In this document: one piece after another, positions 25,675 to 37,296 of the stretch | Position numbering within the stretch: the stretch's first letter is position 1 | How the letters are laid out: every line of letters begins with the position of its first letter | Assembly: GCA_964016885.1 (NCBI GenBank) | Contig: OZ024759.1 | Location: 26,784,001 to 26,848,000, forward strand | Direction: 5' to 3' | DNA from: Eledone cirrhosa | Lineage: Eukaryota | DNA: 64,000 nt | Notes under the pieces: model-generated | Told to the model about the DNA's origin: nothing | Databases searched by the model: none | Seen by the model: only the letters and a program-made list of their open reading frames with translations | Translations under genes and position numbers: made by a program

Positions 25675-28029
25675 TTACATCTGTCTGTGAACTCTTGAAA
25701 AAGCAACATACAATTGTCCAGGGTTAAATACTTGCTCAGGGAGGAACAGACCCACTTTATCATGTATTTGACCATGGTTCTTGTTGATTGTCATGGCATA
25801 TGACAGTCTTAATGGAAACTGGGGTCTTTCCAAAGTAAAAAGGATGTTGGCACCACTGGGGGCTAACTTCAGTCTTGGGATCAAAACACACCTGCCCATC
25901 AAAGGACCATAGATATGAGAAGCTTTGATAAAATGTTTATGCAGTTCTACTACTTCTAATCTTGTGCCATTACATAATCTGTTCTGGATTGAAATATTCC
26001 ATAGAAGCATTAGTATTGATCCTGCTTTTAATTGGAGTTTGTGAGGCGGCATCCCAGAAGGTGTAAGCAAGTTCATTTAGCTTGAACCAGGCAGCAAGGG
26101 TCCCTGCATTTCTACCACAACCTGAGCATTGCCTCTTTGAAAGTAAACTGTGTTTGTTCTCCAGGTGTGTGGCTAGGCTGTATAATGTATGTGATGTACC
26201 ATGAAGCTTAAATTCGGAGAGACACGACACTGCTTCTGGCTGAGACACATACCTGCAACAAAGATAGGTTCTTATTTCATCATGGTTGTGTTGGTTCTGA
26301 GCCTCATTAGGTAATGCATTATTCGTTACTTCTATAGATGTACAATCATGCCCCATGTAACATATTTAAAGAGGTACTTGACACTTTTTACAGAAGCGCA
26401 AACTTCAACATTAATATGTGCACAATATTTCTTAAGCAAAAAGGCATTAAATGGCACAACATTCCTGTTATCTACTGAATGTCATCCAATTTACACTGTA
26501 GTTCCTGTCTTGCACCTCCTGTACTCTGGGTATCCATTTAGGTTCAATAATGTTTCCCTTCTGTAGGTTTTTGGATAGTTCTTTTGGAAAAATCCATTTT
26601 GTATAAATGGGGGAAAAGGGTTTCCAGAACCACATGGCCCGTGGATCATAAACTTTTAAACCTGCTCATGTAGTACTTGATCATCTTCCAATGCAGGTAT
26701 TTCTGCTGACACGATTCTGTCAATGTCTTCTCTGTTTCTTATCTTGTCTTCATTTCTTAAGGCTCAGTGTTATCATCTGTTTAGATAATTCATTAAACCA
26801 TTATACTCATCCACTCACAATTGGGCTTGATTGTTCCTCAAATATTGAAGCCTGCATCCCTCTACTTTCATATAGGCTTCCACTAAATACTGCTAAAATA
26901 ATTTACCTGCCCTATATATCGCACTAAATCCTCCTCTATATGCTATACTGTATATGTAATACTCCTGCATTGTCAGTCTATTGCAAACACAGGTCCTGCA
27001 TTCCTCTCCATGTCACTATGCCACCAAAATTCACCATTATGGGTCGGTCATGAGGTCCAAGTGGCATGAATTATGTGATATTTTCTGAGGAGGATGGTCT
27101 TTAGGAAAGATGATAATATCTCTTTGTACAGGTGGTCTGCCCTCAATCCCCCACAAAACAACAGCTATCATTACTAGTTGGTAAATTATAGCAGCTCATA
27201 TCTGATCCTCTTCTAAATCTTAATTCACAGTTCTGTACACGACAATGTTCTCTTCTTGCACTTTGCTGTTTGATGCCATGCATTGTATTGTACAATTCAC
27301 ATATGGATTACATTCATGCAACACCTCTCTTATCATAGCCATTTTTTGTGGTGAGCACTCATTATTTGTTGGTACTAGGGCGGTGGATTGGCAGTATCGG
27401 TAGAGCGTCAGACACCATGCTTTGCAGCATAGGGTTATGGCCCTTTACGTTCTGGGTTCAAATCCCTCCAAGGTTGACTTTGTTTTCATCCTTATGAGGT
27501 CGATAGAATAAAGTACCAGTAATTGCTGGCCTTGTGCCAGAAACAATTATTTGGTCGTACTTCCAATCTGTGCTACACACCTTCGTTCCCATCAATAATA
27601 TATAACTGGCCATATTGTGGTGTATTTTCTGCAGGTTACAGAGGTGGGGGTGTAGTGATATGTTTGACCCTGAATATGAAAGCTATACGGGCCTCTGCCG
27701 GGTGGTAACACCAAATGAAGTGAAATAAATGTAGTTTTAATTGCAGACGTTTCTGTGAAATCAACTGCTTCCTGGCCTCTTTCAAAGAGATTTCTCAGTC
27801 TCTCGGGGTATATTTGCAATGGAGGCAACACAACCTTTCCTTTATTACAACAGTTAGAATTTTCATTTCTAAATTTCAAAGCTTCACAGTGATCACACGA
27901 AACATTCATATCACTAATATGAAATTCTTCTAGATTTCCATTAATATTAATTGTTGGCCATTTTCTCTTATGACGCTCATTATCCATTCTTCTCTGTCTG
28001 AATGTTTTCCATTCTAAGTCTATTTGCAT
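25675..28029 (-). mobile_element. Helitron pseudogene copy 3
   Basis: MNLLTPSGMPPHKLQLKAGSILMLL.N...LCNGTRL...QFPLRLSYAMTINK; MIHGPCG; N-terminal Cys cluster. Confidence 0.93.
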
Positions 28030-28130
28030 GGAATAATTATATTCTGTTGTTTATTATGTAATTAAATAGCTCTGTACAATACATAGAGCATTCTTCTTTT
28101 CTTTACCTTTTCTATAGAAATACAAGAACA

Positions 28131-28169
<39 letters not shown>

Positions 28170-28210
28170 GTGTGTATATACATAAACAAGACTGTTATTA
28201 CTCCAACCAG

Positions 28211-31200
28211 ATGAAACTCTGTCATGTAATGTTATGGACATATCTGCCCTTGGGGCTAATAATTGTCATGTAATGTTATGGACATCTCTGCCCCTGTGGC
28301 TAATAATTCTGTCATGTAATGTTATGGACATCTCTGCCCCTGTGGCTAATAATTCTGTCATGTAATGTTATGGACATCTCTGCCCCTGTGGTTAATAATT
28401 CTGACATGTAATGTTATGGACATCTCTGCCCTGTGGCTAATAATTCTGAGAGAGATGAACCACGTGGGGGATTAGAGAGAGATAAAACAAGTGAGGGATT
28501 AGAGTGTTGAAACAAGAGAGAGAGAGGAAACGAGAGAGAGAGGAAACGAGAGTGAGGAAACGAGAGTAGAGAGCGAGATGAAACAGGAGAGAGAGAGCGA
28601 GATGAAACGAGAGGGAGAGAGAGATGAAACGAGGGAGATAGAGATGAAACGAGAGAGAGGAAGAGAGAGATGGAACGAGAGAGAGGAAGACAGAGATGAA
28701 ATGAGAGAGAGAGAGAGATGAAACGAGAGAGAGAGAGCGCGAGATGAAACGAGAGAGAGAGAGCGCGAGATGAAACGACAGAGAGAGAGAGAGATGAAAG
28801 GAGGGAGATAGAGATGAAACGAGAGAGAGGAAGAGAGAGATGGAACGAGCGAGAGGAAGAGAGAGATGGAACGAGAGAGAGGAAGACAGAGATGAAACGA
28901 GAGAGAGCGAGATGAAACGAGAGAGAGGAAGAGAGAGAGCGCCAGATGAAACTCTGTCATGTAATGTTATGGACATATCTGCCCTTGGGGCTAATAATTG
29001 TCATGTAATGTTATGGACATCTCTGCCCCTGTGGCTAATAATTCTGTCATGTAATGTTATGGACATCTCTGCCCCTGTGGCTAATAATTCTTTCATGTAA
29101 TGTTATGGACATCTCGGCCCCTGTGGCTAATAATTCTGACGTGTAATGTTATGGACATCTCTGCCCCTGTGGCTAATAATTCTGACATGTAATGTTATGG
29201 ACATCTCTGCCCTGTGTCTAATAATTCTGACATGTAATGTTATGGACATCTCTGCCCCTGTGGCTAATAATTCTGTCATGTAATGTTATGGACATCTCTG
29301 CCCCTGTGGCTAATAATTCTGCCATGTAATGTTATGGACATCTCTGCCCCTGTGGCTAATAATTCTGCCATGTAATGTTATGGACATCTCTGCCCCTGTG
29401 GCTAATAATTCTGACATGTAATGTTATGGACATCTCTGCCCTGTGGCTAATAATTCTGACATGTAATGTTATGGACATCTCTGCCCCTGTGGCTAATAAT
29501 TATGAGAGAGATGAAACAAGTGAGGGATTAGAGAGAGATAAAACACGTGAGGGATTAGAGTGTTGAAACAAGAGAGAGAGAGGAAGAGAGAGAGAGAGCG
29601 AGATGAAATGAGACAGGGAGAGCGAGATGAAACACGAGAGTGAGAGAAGCGAGATGAAACGAGAGAGTGAGAGCGAGATGAAACGAGAGAGAGAGAGAGC
29701 GAGATGAAACGAGACAGAGAGAGCGAGATGTAATGAGAGAGAGAGAGAGCGGGATGGAACGAGACAGAGAGGAAACGAGAGAGAGGAAACGAGAGTAGAG
29801 AGCGAGATGAAACGAGAGGGAGAGAGAGATGAAACGAGAGAGCGAGAGAGAGATGAAACGAGGGAGATAGAGATGAAACGAGAGAGAGAAAGAGAGAGAT
29901 GGAACGAGAGAGAGGAAGAAAGAGATGAAACGAGAGAGAGAGAGAGCGAGATGAAACGAGAGAGAGAGCGCGAGATGAAACGAGAGAGAGAGAGCGCGAG
30001 ATGAAACGAGAGAGAGAGAGCGCGAGATGAAACGACAGAGAGAGAGACAGATGAAAGGAGGGAGATAGAGATGAAACGAGAGAGAGGAAGATAGAGATGG
30101 AATGAGAGAGAGCAAGAGAGAGATGGAACGAGAGAGAGGAAGACAGAGATGAAACGAGAGAGAGAGAGAGCGAGATGAAACTCTGTCATGTAATGTTATG
30201 GACATATCTGCCCTTGGGGCTAATAATTGTCATGTAATGTTCTGGACATCTCTGCCCCTGTGGCTAATAATTCTGTCATGTAATGTTATGGACATCTCTG
30301 CCCCTGTGGCTAATAATTCTGTCATGTAATGTTATGGACAATTCTGCCCCTGTGGCTAATAATTCTGACATGTAATGTTATGGACATCTCTGCCCTGTGG
30401 CTAATAATTCTGACATGTAATGTTATGGACATCTCTGCCCCTGTGGCTAATAATTCTAAGAGAGATGAAACAAGTGAGGGATTAGAGAGAGATAAAAAAG
30501 TGAGGGATTAGAGTGTTGAAACAAGAGAGAGAGAGGAAGAGAGAGAGAGAGAGCGAGATGAAATGAGACAGGGAGAGCGAGATGAAACGAGACAGAGAGG
30601 AAACGAGAGAGAGGAGACGAGAGTAGAGAGCGAGATGAAACAGAAGAGAGAGAGCGAGATGAAACGAGAGGGAGAGAGAGATGAAACGAGTGAGCGAGAG
30701 AGAGATGAAACGAGGGAGATAGAGATGAAACGAGAGAGAGGAAGAGAGAGATGGAACGAGAGAGAGGAAGAGAGAGAGGAAGACAGAGATGAAACGAGAG
30801 AGAGAGAGCGAGATGAAATGAGAGAGAGCGAGATGAAACAGGAGAGAGAGAGCGAGATGAAACGAGAGGGAGAGAGAGATGAAACGAGAGAGCGAGAGAG
30901 AGATGAAACAAGGGAGATAGAGATGAAACGAGAGAGAGGAAGAGAGAGATGGAACGAGAGAGAGGAAGAGAGAGATGGAACGAGAGAGAGGAAGACAGAG
31001 ATGAAACGAGAGAGCGAGATGAAACGAGAGAGAGAGAGAGAGCGAGAAGAAACGAGAGAGAGGAAGAGAGAGAGCGCCAGATGAAACTCTGTCATGTAAT
31101 GTTATGGACATATCTGCCCTTGGGGCTAATAATTGTCATGTAATGTTATGGACATCTCTGCCCCTGTGGCTAATAACTCTGACATGTAATGTTATGGACA

Positions 31201-34200
31201 TCTCTGCCCCTGTGGCTAATAATTCTGAGAGAGATGAAACAAGTGAGGGATTAGAGAGAGATAAAACAAGTGAGGGATTAGAGTGTTGAAACAAGAGAGA
31301 GAGAGAGCGAGATGAAATGAGACAGGGAGAGCGAGATGAAACGCAATAGTGAGAGAAGCGAGATGAAACGAGAGAGTGAGAGCGAGATGAAACGAGAGAG
31401 AGAGACAGCGAGATGAAACGAGACAGAGAGAGCGAGATGTAATGAGAGAGAGAGCGAGCGGGATGGAACGAGACAGAGAGGAAACGAGAGTAGAGAGCGA
31501 GATGAAACGAGAGGGAGAGAGAGATGAAACGAGAGAGCGAGAGAGAGATGAAACGAGGGAGATAGAGATGAAATGAGAGAGGGGAAGAGAGAGATGGAAC
31601 GAGAGAGAGGAAGACAGAGATAAAACGAGAGAGAGAGAGAGAGAGAGCGAGATGAAATGAGACAGAGAGAGCGCGAGTTGAAACGAGAGAGAGAGAGCAC
31701 GAGATGAAACGACAGAGAGAGAGACAGATGAAAGGAGGGAGATAGAGATAAAACGAGAGAGAGGATGAGAGAGATGGAACGAGAGAGAGGGAGAGAGAGA
31801 TGGAACGAGAGAGAGGAAGACAGAGATGAAACGAGAGAGAGAGAGAGCAAGATGAAACGAGAGAGAGAGAGACAGATGAAAGGAGGGAGATAGAGATGAA
31901 ACGAGAGAGAGGTTGAGAGAGATGGAACGAGAGAGAGGAAGAGAGAGATGGAACGAGAGAGAGGAAGACAGAGATGAAACGAGAGAGAGAGCAAGATGAA
32001 ATGAGAGAGAGAGAGCGCAAGATGAAACGAGAGAGAGAGAGCGCGAGATGAAACTCTGTCATGTAATGTTCTTGACATATCTGCCCCTGTGGCTAATAAT
32101 TGTCATGTAATGTTATGGTCATCTCTGCCCCTGTGGCTAATAATTCTGTCATGTAATGTTATGGACATCTCTGCCCTTGTGGCTAATAATTCTGACATGT
32201 AATGTTATGGTCATCTCTGCCCCTGTGGCTAATAATTCTGAGAGATATTAAACAAGTGAGGGATTAGAGTGTTGAAACAAGAGAGAGGGAGCGAGAAGAA
32301 ATGAGAGAGTGAGAGCGGGATGAAACGAGAGAGGGAGAGCGAGATGAAACGAGAGAGAGAGAGCGAGATGAAATGAGAGAGAGAGAGTGAGATGACACGG
32401 GAGGGAGAGAGAGATGAAACGAGAGAGAGAGGAAACGAGAGAGAGAGGAAACGAGAGAGAGAGGAAACGAGAGTAGAGAGCGAGATGAAACAAGAGAGAG
32501 AGAGAGCGAGATGAAACAGGAGAGAGAGAACGAGATGAAATGAGAGGGAGAGAGAGATGAAACGAGAGAGCGAGAGAGAGATGAAACGAGAGAGAGGAAG
32601 AGAGAGATGGAACGAGAGAGAGGAAGACAGAGATGGAACGAGAGAGAGGAAGACAGAGATGAAACGAGAGAGAGAGAGAGCGAGATGAAACAGGAGAGAG
32701 AGAGCGAGATGAAACGAGAGGGAGAGAGAGATGAAACGAGAGAGCGAGAGAGAGATGAAACAAGGGAGATAGAGATGAAACGAGAGAGAGGAAGAGAGAG
32801 ATGGAACGAGAGAGAGGAAGAGAGAGATGGCACGAGAGAGAGGAAGACAGAGATGAAACGAGAGAGAGAGAGCGAGATGAAACGACAGAGAGCGAGACAG
32901 ATGAAAGAAGGGAGATAGAGATGAAACGAGAGAGAGGAAGAGAGAGATGGAACGAGAGAGAGGAAGAGAGAGATGGAACGAGAGAGAGGAAGACAGAGAT
33001 GAAACGAGAGAGAAAGAGAGCGAGATGAAACGAGAGAGAGAGAGCGCAAGATGAAACGAGAGAGAGAGCGCGCGAGATGAAACGACAGAGAGAGAGACAG
33101 ATGAAAGGAGGGAGATAGAGATGAAACGAGAGAGGGGATGAGAGAGATGGAACGAGAGAGAGGAAGAGAGAGATGGAACGAGAGAGAGGAAGACAGAGAT
33201 GAAACGAGAGAGAGAGAGAGCAAGATGAAACGAGAGAGAGAGAGCGCGCAAGATGAAACGAGAGAGAGAGAGCGCGAGATGAAACGACAGAGAGAGAGAC
33301 AGATGAAAGAAGGGAGATAGAGATGAAACGAGAGAGAGGAAGAAAGAGATGGAACGAGAGAGAGGAAGAGAGAGATAGAACGAGAGAGAGGAAGACAGAG
33401 ATGAAGACAGAGATGAAACGAGAGAGAGAGAGCGAGATGAAATGAGAGAAAGAGAGCGCGAGATGAAACGAGAGAGAGAGAGAGCGCGAGATGAAACGAC
33501 AGAGAGAGAGACAGATGAAAGGAGGGAGATAAAGATGAAACGAGAGAGAGGAAGAGAGAGATGGAACGAGAGAGAGGAAGAGAGAGATGGAACGAGAGAG
33601 AGGAAGACAGAGATGAAACGAGAGAAAGAGAGAGCGAGAGGAAACGAGAGAGAGAGAGCGCAAGATGAAACGAGAGAGAGAGAGCGCGAGATGAAACTCT
33701 GTCATGTAATGTTATTGACATATCTGCCCATGTGGCTAATAATTGTCATGTAATGTTATGGTCATCTCTGCCCCTGTGGCTAATAATTCTGTCATGTAAT
33801 GTTATGGACATCTCTGCCCCTGTGGTTAATAATTCTGACATGTAATGTTATGGTCATCTCTGCCCCTGTGGCTAATAATTCTGAGAGAGATGAAACAAGT
33901 GAGGGATTAGAGTGTTGAAACAAGAGAGAGAGAGCGAGATGAAATGAGAGAGTGTGAGCGAGATGAAACGAGACAGGGAGAGCGAGATGAAACGAGAGAG
34001 TGAGAGCAAGATGAAACGAGAGAGTGAGAGCGAGATGAAACGAGAGAGAGAGAGCGAGATGAAATGAGAGAGAGAGAGCGAGATGAAATGAGAGAGAGAG
34101 AGCGAGATGAAACGAGACAGAGAGAGAACGAGATGAAACGAGAGAGTGAGAGCGAGATGAAACGAGAGAGAGAGAGCGAGATGAAACGGGAGGGAGAGAG

Positions 34201-37200
34201 AGATGAAACGAGAGAGAGTGGAAACGAGAGTAGAGAGCGAGATGAAACAGGAGAGAGAGAGAGCGAGATGAAACGAGAGGGAGAGAGAGATGAAACGAGT
34301 GAGCGAGAGAGAGATGAAACGAGGGAGATAGAGATGAAACGAGAGAGAGGAAGAGAGAGATGGAACGAGAGAGAGGAAGACAGAGATGGAACGAGAGAGA
34401 GGAAGACAGAGATGAAACGAGAGAGAGAGAGAGCGAGATGAAACAGGAGAGAGAGAGCGAGATGAAACGAGAGGGAGAGAGAGATGAAAGGAGAGAGCGA
34501 GAGAGAGATGAAACAAGGGAGATAGAGATGAAACGAGAGAGAGGAAGAGAGAGATGGAACGAGAGAGAGGAAGAGAGAGATGGAACGAGAGAGAGGAAGA
34601 CAGAGATGAAACGAGAGAGCGAGATGAAACGAGAGAGAGAGAGAGCGAGAAGAAACGAGAGAGAGGAAGAGAGAGAGCGCCAGATGAAACTCTGTCATGT
34701 AATGTTATGGACATATCTGCCCTTGGGGCTAATAATTGTCATGTAATGTTATGGACATCTCTGCCCCTGTGGCTAATAACTCTGACATGTAATGTTATGG
34801 ACATCTCTGCCCCTGTGGCTAATAATTCTGAGAGAGATGAAACAAGTGAGGGATTAGAGAGAGATAAAACAAGTGAGGGATTAGAGTGTTGAAACAAGAG
34901 AGAGAGAGAGCGAGATGAAATGAGACAGGGAGAGCGAGATGAAACGCAATAGTGAGAGAAGCGAGATGAAACGAGAGAGTGAGAGCGAGATGAAACGAGA
35001 GAGAGAGAGAGCGAGATGAAACGAGACAGAGAGAGCGAGATGTAATGAGAGAGAGAGAGAGCGGGATGGAACGAGAAAGAGAGGAAACGAGAGTAGAGAG
35101 CGAGATGAAACGAGAGGGAGAGAGAGATGAAACGAGAGAGCGAGAGAGAGATGAAACGAGGGAGATAGAGATGAAATGAGAGAGAGGAAGAGAGAGAGGA
35201 AGAGAGAGATGGAACGAGAGAGAGTAAGACAGAGATAAAACGAGAGAGAGAGAGAGAGCGAGATGAAACGAGACAGAGAGAGCGCGAGATGAAACGAGAG
35301 AGAGAGAGCACGAGATGAAACGACAGAGAGAGAGACAGATGAAAGGAGGGAGATAGAGATAAAACGAGAGAGAGGATGAGAGAGATGGAACGAGAGAGAG
35401 GGAGAGAGAGATGGAACGAGAGAGAGGAAGACAGAGATGAAACGAGAGAGAGAGAGAGACAGATGAAAGGACGGAGATAGAGATGAAACGAGAGAGAGGA
35501 TGAGAGAGATGGAACGAGAGAGAGGAAGAGAGAGATGGAACGAGAGAGAGGAAGACAGAGATGAAACGAGAGAGAGAGCAAGATGAAACGAGAGAGAGAG
35601 AGCGCAAGATGAAACGAGAGAGAGAGAGCGCGAGATGAAACTCTGTCATGTAATGTTATTGACATATCTGCCCCTGTGGCTAATAATTGTCATGTAATGT
35701 TATGGTCATCTCTGCCCCTGTGGCTAATAATTCTGTCATGTAATGTTATGGACATCTCTGCCCTTGTGGCTAATAATTCTGACATGTAATGTTATGGTCA
35801 TCTCTGCCCCTGTGGCTAATAATTCTGAGAGATATTAAACAAGTGAGGGATTAGAGTGTTGAAACAAGAGAGAGAGAGCGAGAAGAAATGAGAGAGTGAG
35901 AGCGGGATGAAACGAGAGAGGGAGAGCGAGATGAAACGAGAGAGAGAGAGCGAGATGAAATGAGAGAGAGAGAGCGAGATGACACGGGAGGGAGAGAGAG
36001 ATGAAACGAGAGAGAGAGGAAACGAGAGAGAGAGGAAACGAGAGTAGAGAGCGAGATGAAACAAGAGAGAGAGAGAGCGAGATGAAACAGGAGAGAGAGA
36101 ACGAGATGAAATGAGAGGGAGAGAGAGATGAAACGAGAGAGCAGGAGAGAGATGAAACGAGAGAGAGGAAGAGAGAGATGGAACGAGAGAGAGGAAGACA
36201 GAGATGGAACGAGAGAGAGGAAGACAGAGATGAAACGAGAGAGAGAGAGTGAGATTAAACAGGAGAGAGAGAGCGAGATGAAACGAGAGGGAGAGAGAGA
36301 GATGAAACGAGAGAGCGAGAGAGAGATGAAACAAGGGAGATAGAGATGAAACGAGAGAGAGGAAGAGAGAGAGAGGAAGAGAGAGATGGCACGAGAGAGA
36401 GGAAGACAGAGATGAAACGAGAGAGAGAGAGCGAGATGAAACGAGAGAGAGAGAGCGCGACATGAAACGAGAGAGAGAGAGCGCGAGATGAAACGACAGA
36501 GAGCGAGACAGAGGAAAGAAGGGAGATAGAGATGAAACGAGAGAGAGGAAGAGAGAGATGGAACGAGAGAGAGGAAGAGAGAGATGGAACGAGAGAGAGG
36601 AAGACAGAGATGAAACGAGAGAGAAAGAGAGCGAGATGAAACGAGAGAGAGAGAGCGCAAGATGAAACGAGAGAGAGAGCGCGCGAGATTAAACGACAGA
36701 GAGAGAGACAGATGAAAGGAGGGAGATAGAGATGAAACGAGAGAGGGGATGAGAGAGATGGAACGAGAGAGAGGAAGAGAGAGATGGAACGAGAGAGAGG
36801 AAGACAGAGATGAAACGAGAGAGAGAGCAAGATGAAACGAGAGAGAGAGAGAGCGCAAGATGAAACGAGAGAGAGAGAGCGCAAGATGAAACGACAGAGA
36901 GAGAGACAGATGAAAGAAGGGAGATAGAGATGAAACGAGAGAGAGGAAGAAAGAGATGGAACGAGAGAGAGGAAGAGAGAGATGGAACGAGAGAGAGGAA
37001 GACAGAGATGAAACGAGAGAGAGAGCGAGATGAAACGAGAGAGAGGAAGACAGAGATGAAACGAGAGAGAGGGAGAGCGAGATGAAACGAGAGAGAGAGA
37101 GCGCAAGATGAAACTCTGTCATGTAATGTTATTGACATATCTGCCCCTGTGGCTAATAATTGTCATGTAATGTTATGGTCATCTCTGCCCCTGTGGCTAA

Positions 37201-37296
37201 TAATTCTGTCATGTAATGTTATGGAAATCTCTGCCCCTGTGGCTAATAATTCTGTCATGTAATGTTATGGACATCTCTGCCCCTGTGGCTAATAAA
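28211..37296. repeat. Left arm of modular satellite block: 8 GA-rich blocks alternating with 46-bp arrays
   Basis: 46-bp unit CATGTAATGTTATGGACATCTCTGCCCCTGTGGCTAATAATTCTGT. GA blocks at ~28449, 29503, 30458, 31227, 32240, 33883, 34830 and 35827 each begin ..GTGAGGGATTAGAGTGTTGAAACAAG and end GATGAAACTCTGTCATG. Confidence 0.93.

Noticed and set aside
25675-26076. Host PIF1 helicase gene
   Set aside because: Only the C-terminal motifs are present, directly linked to Helitron Rep remnants and disrupted by stops and frameshifts.
28449-37110. GATGAAAC as a hammerhead ribozyme core (CUGAUGA...GAAAC)
   Set aside because: There is no CTGANGA box and no flanking complementary stems in the purine-only context.
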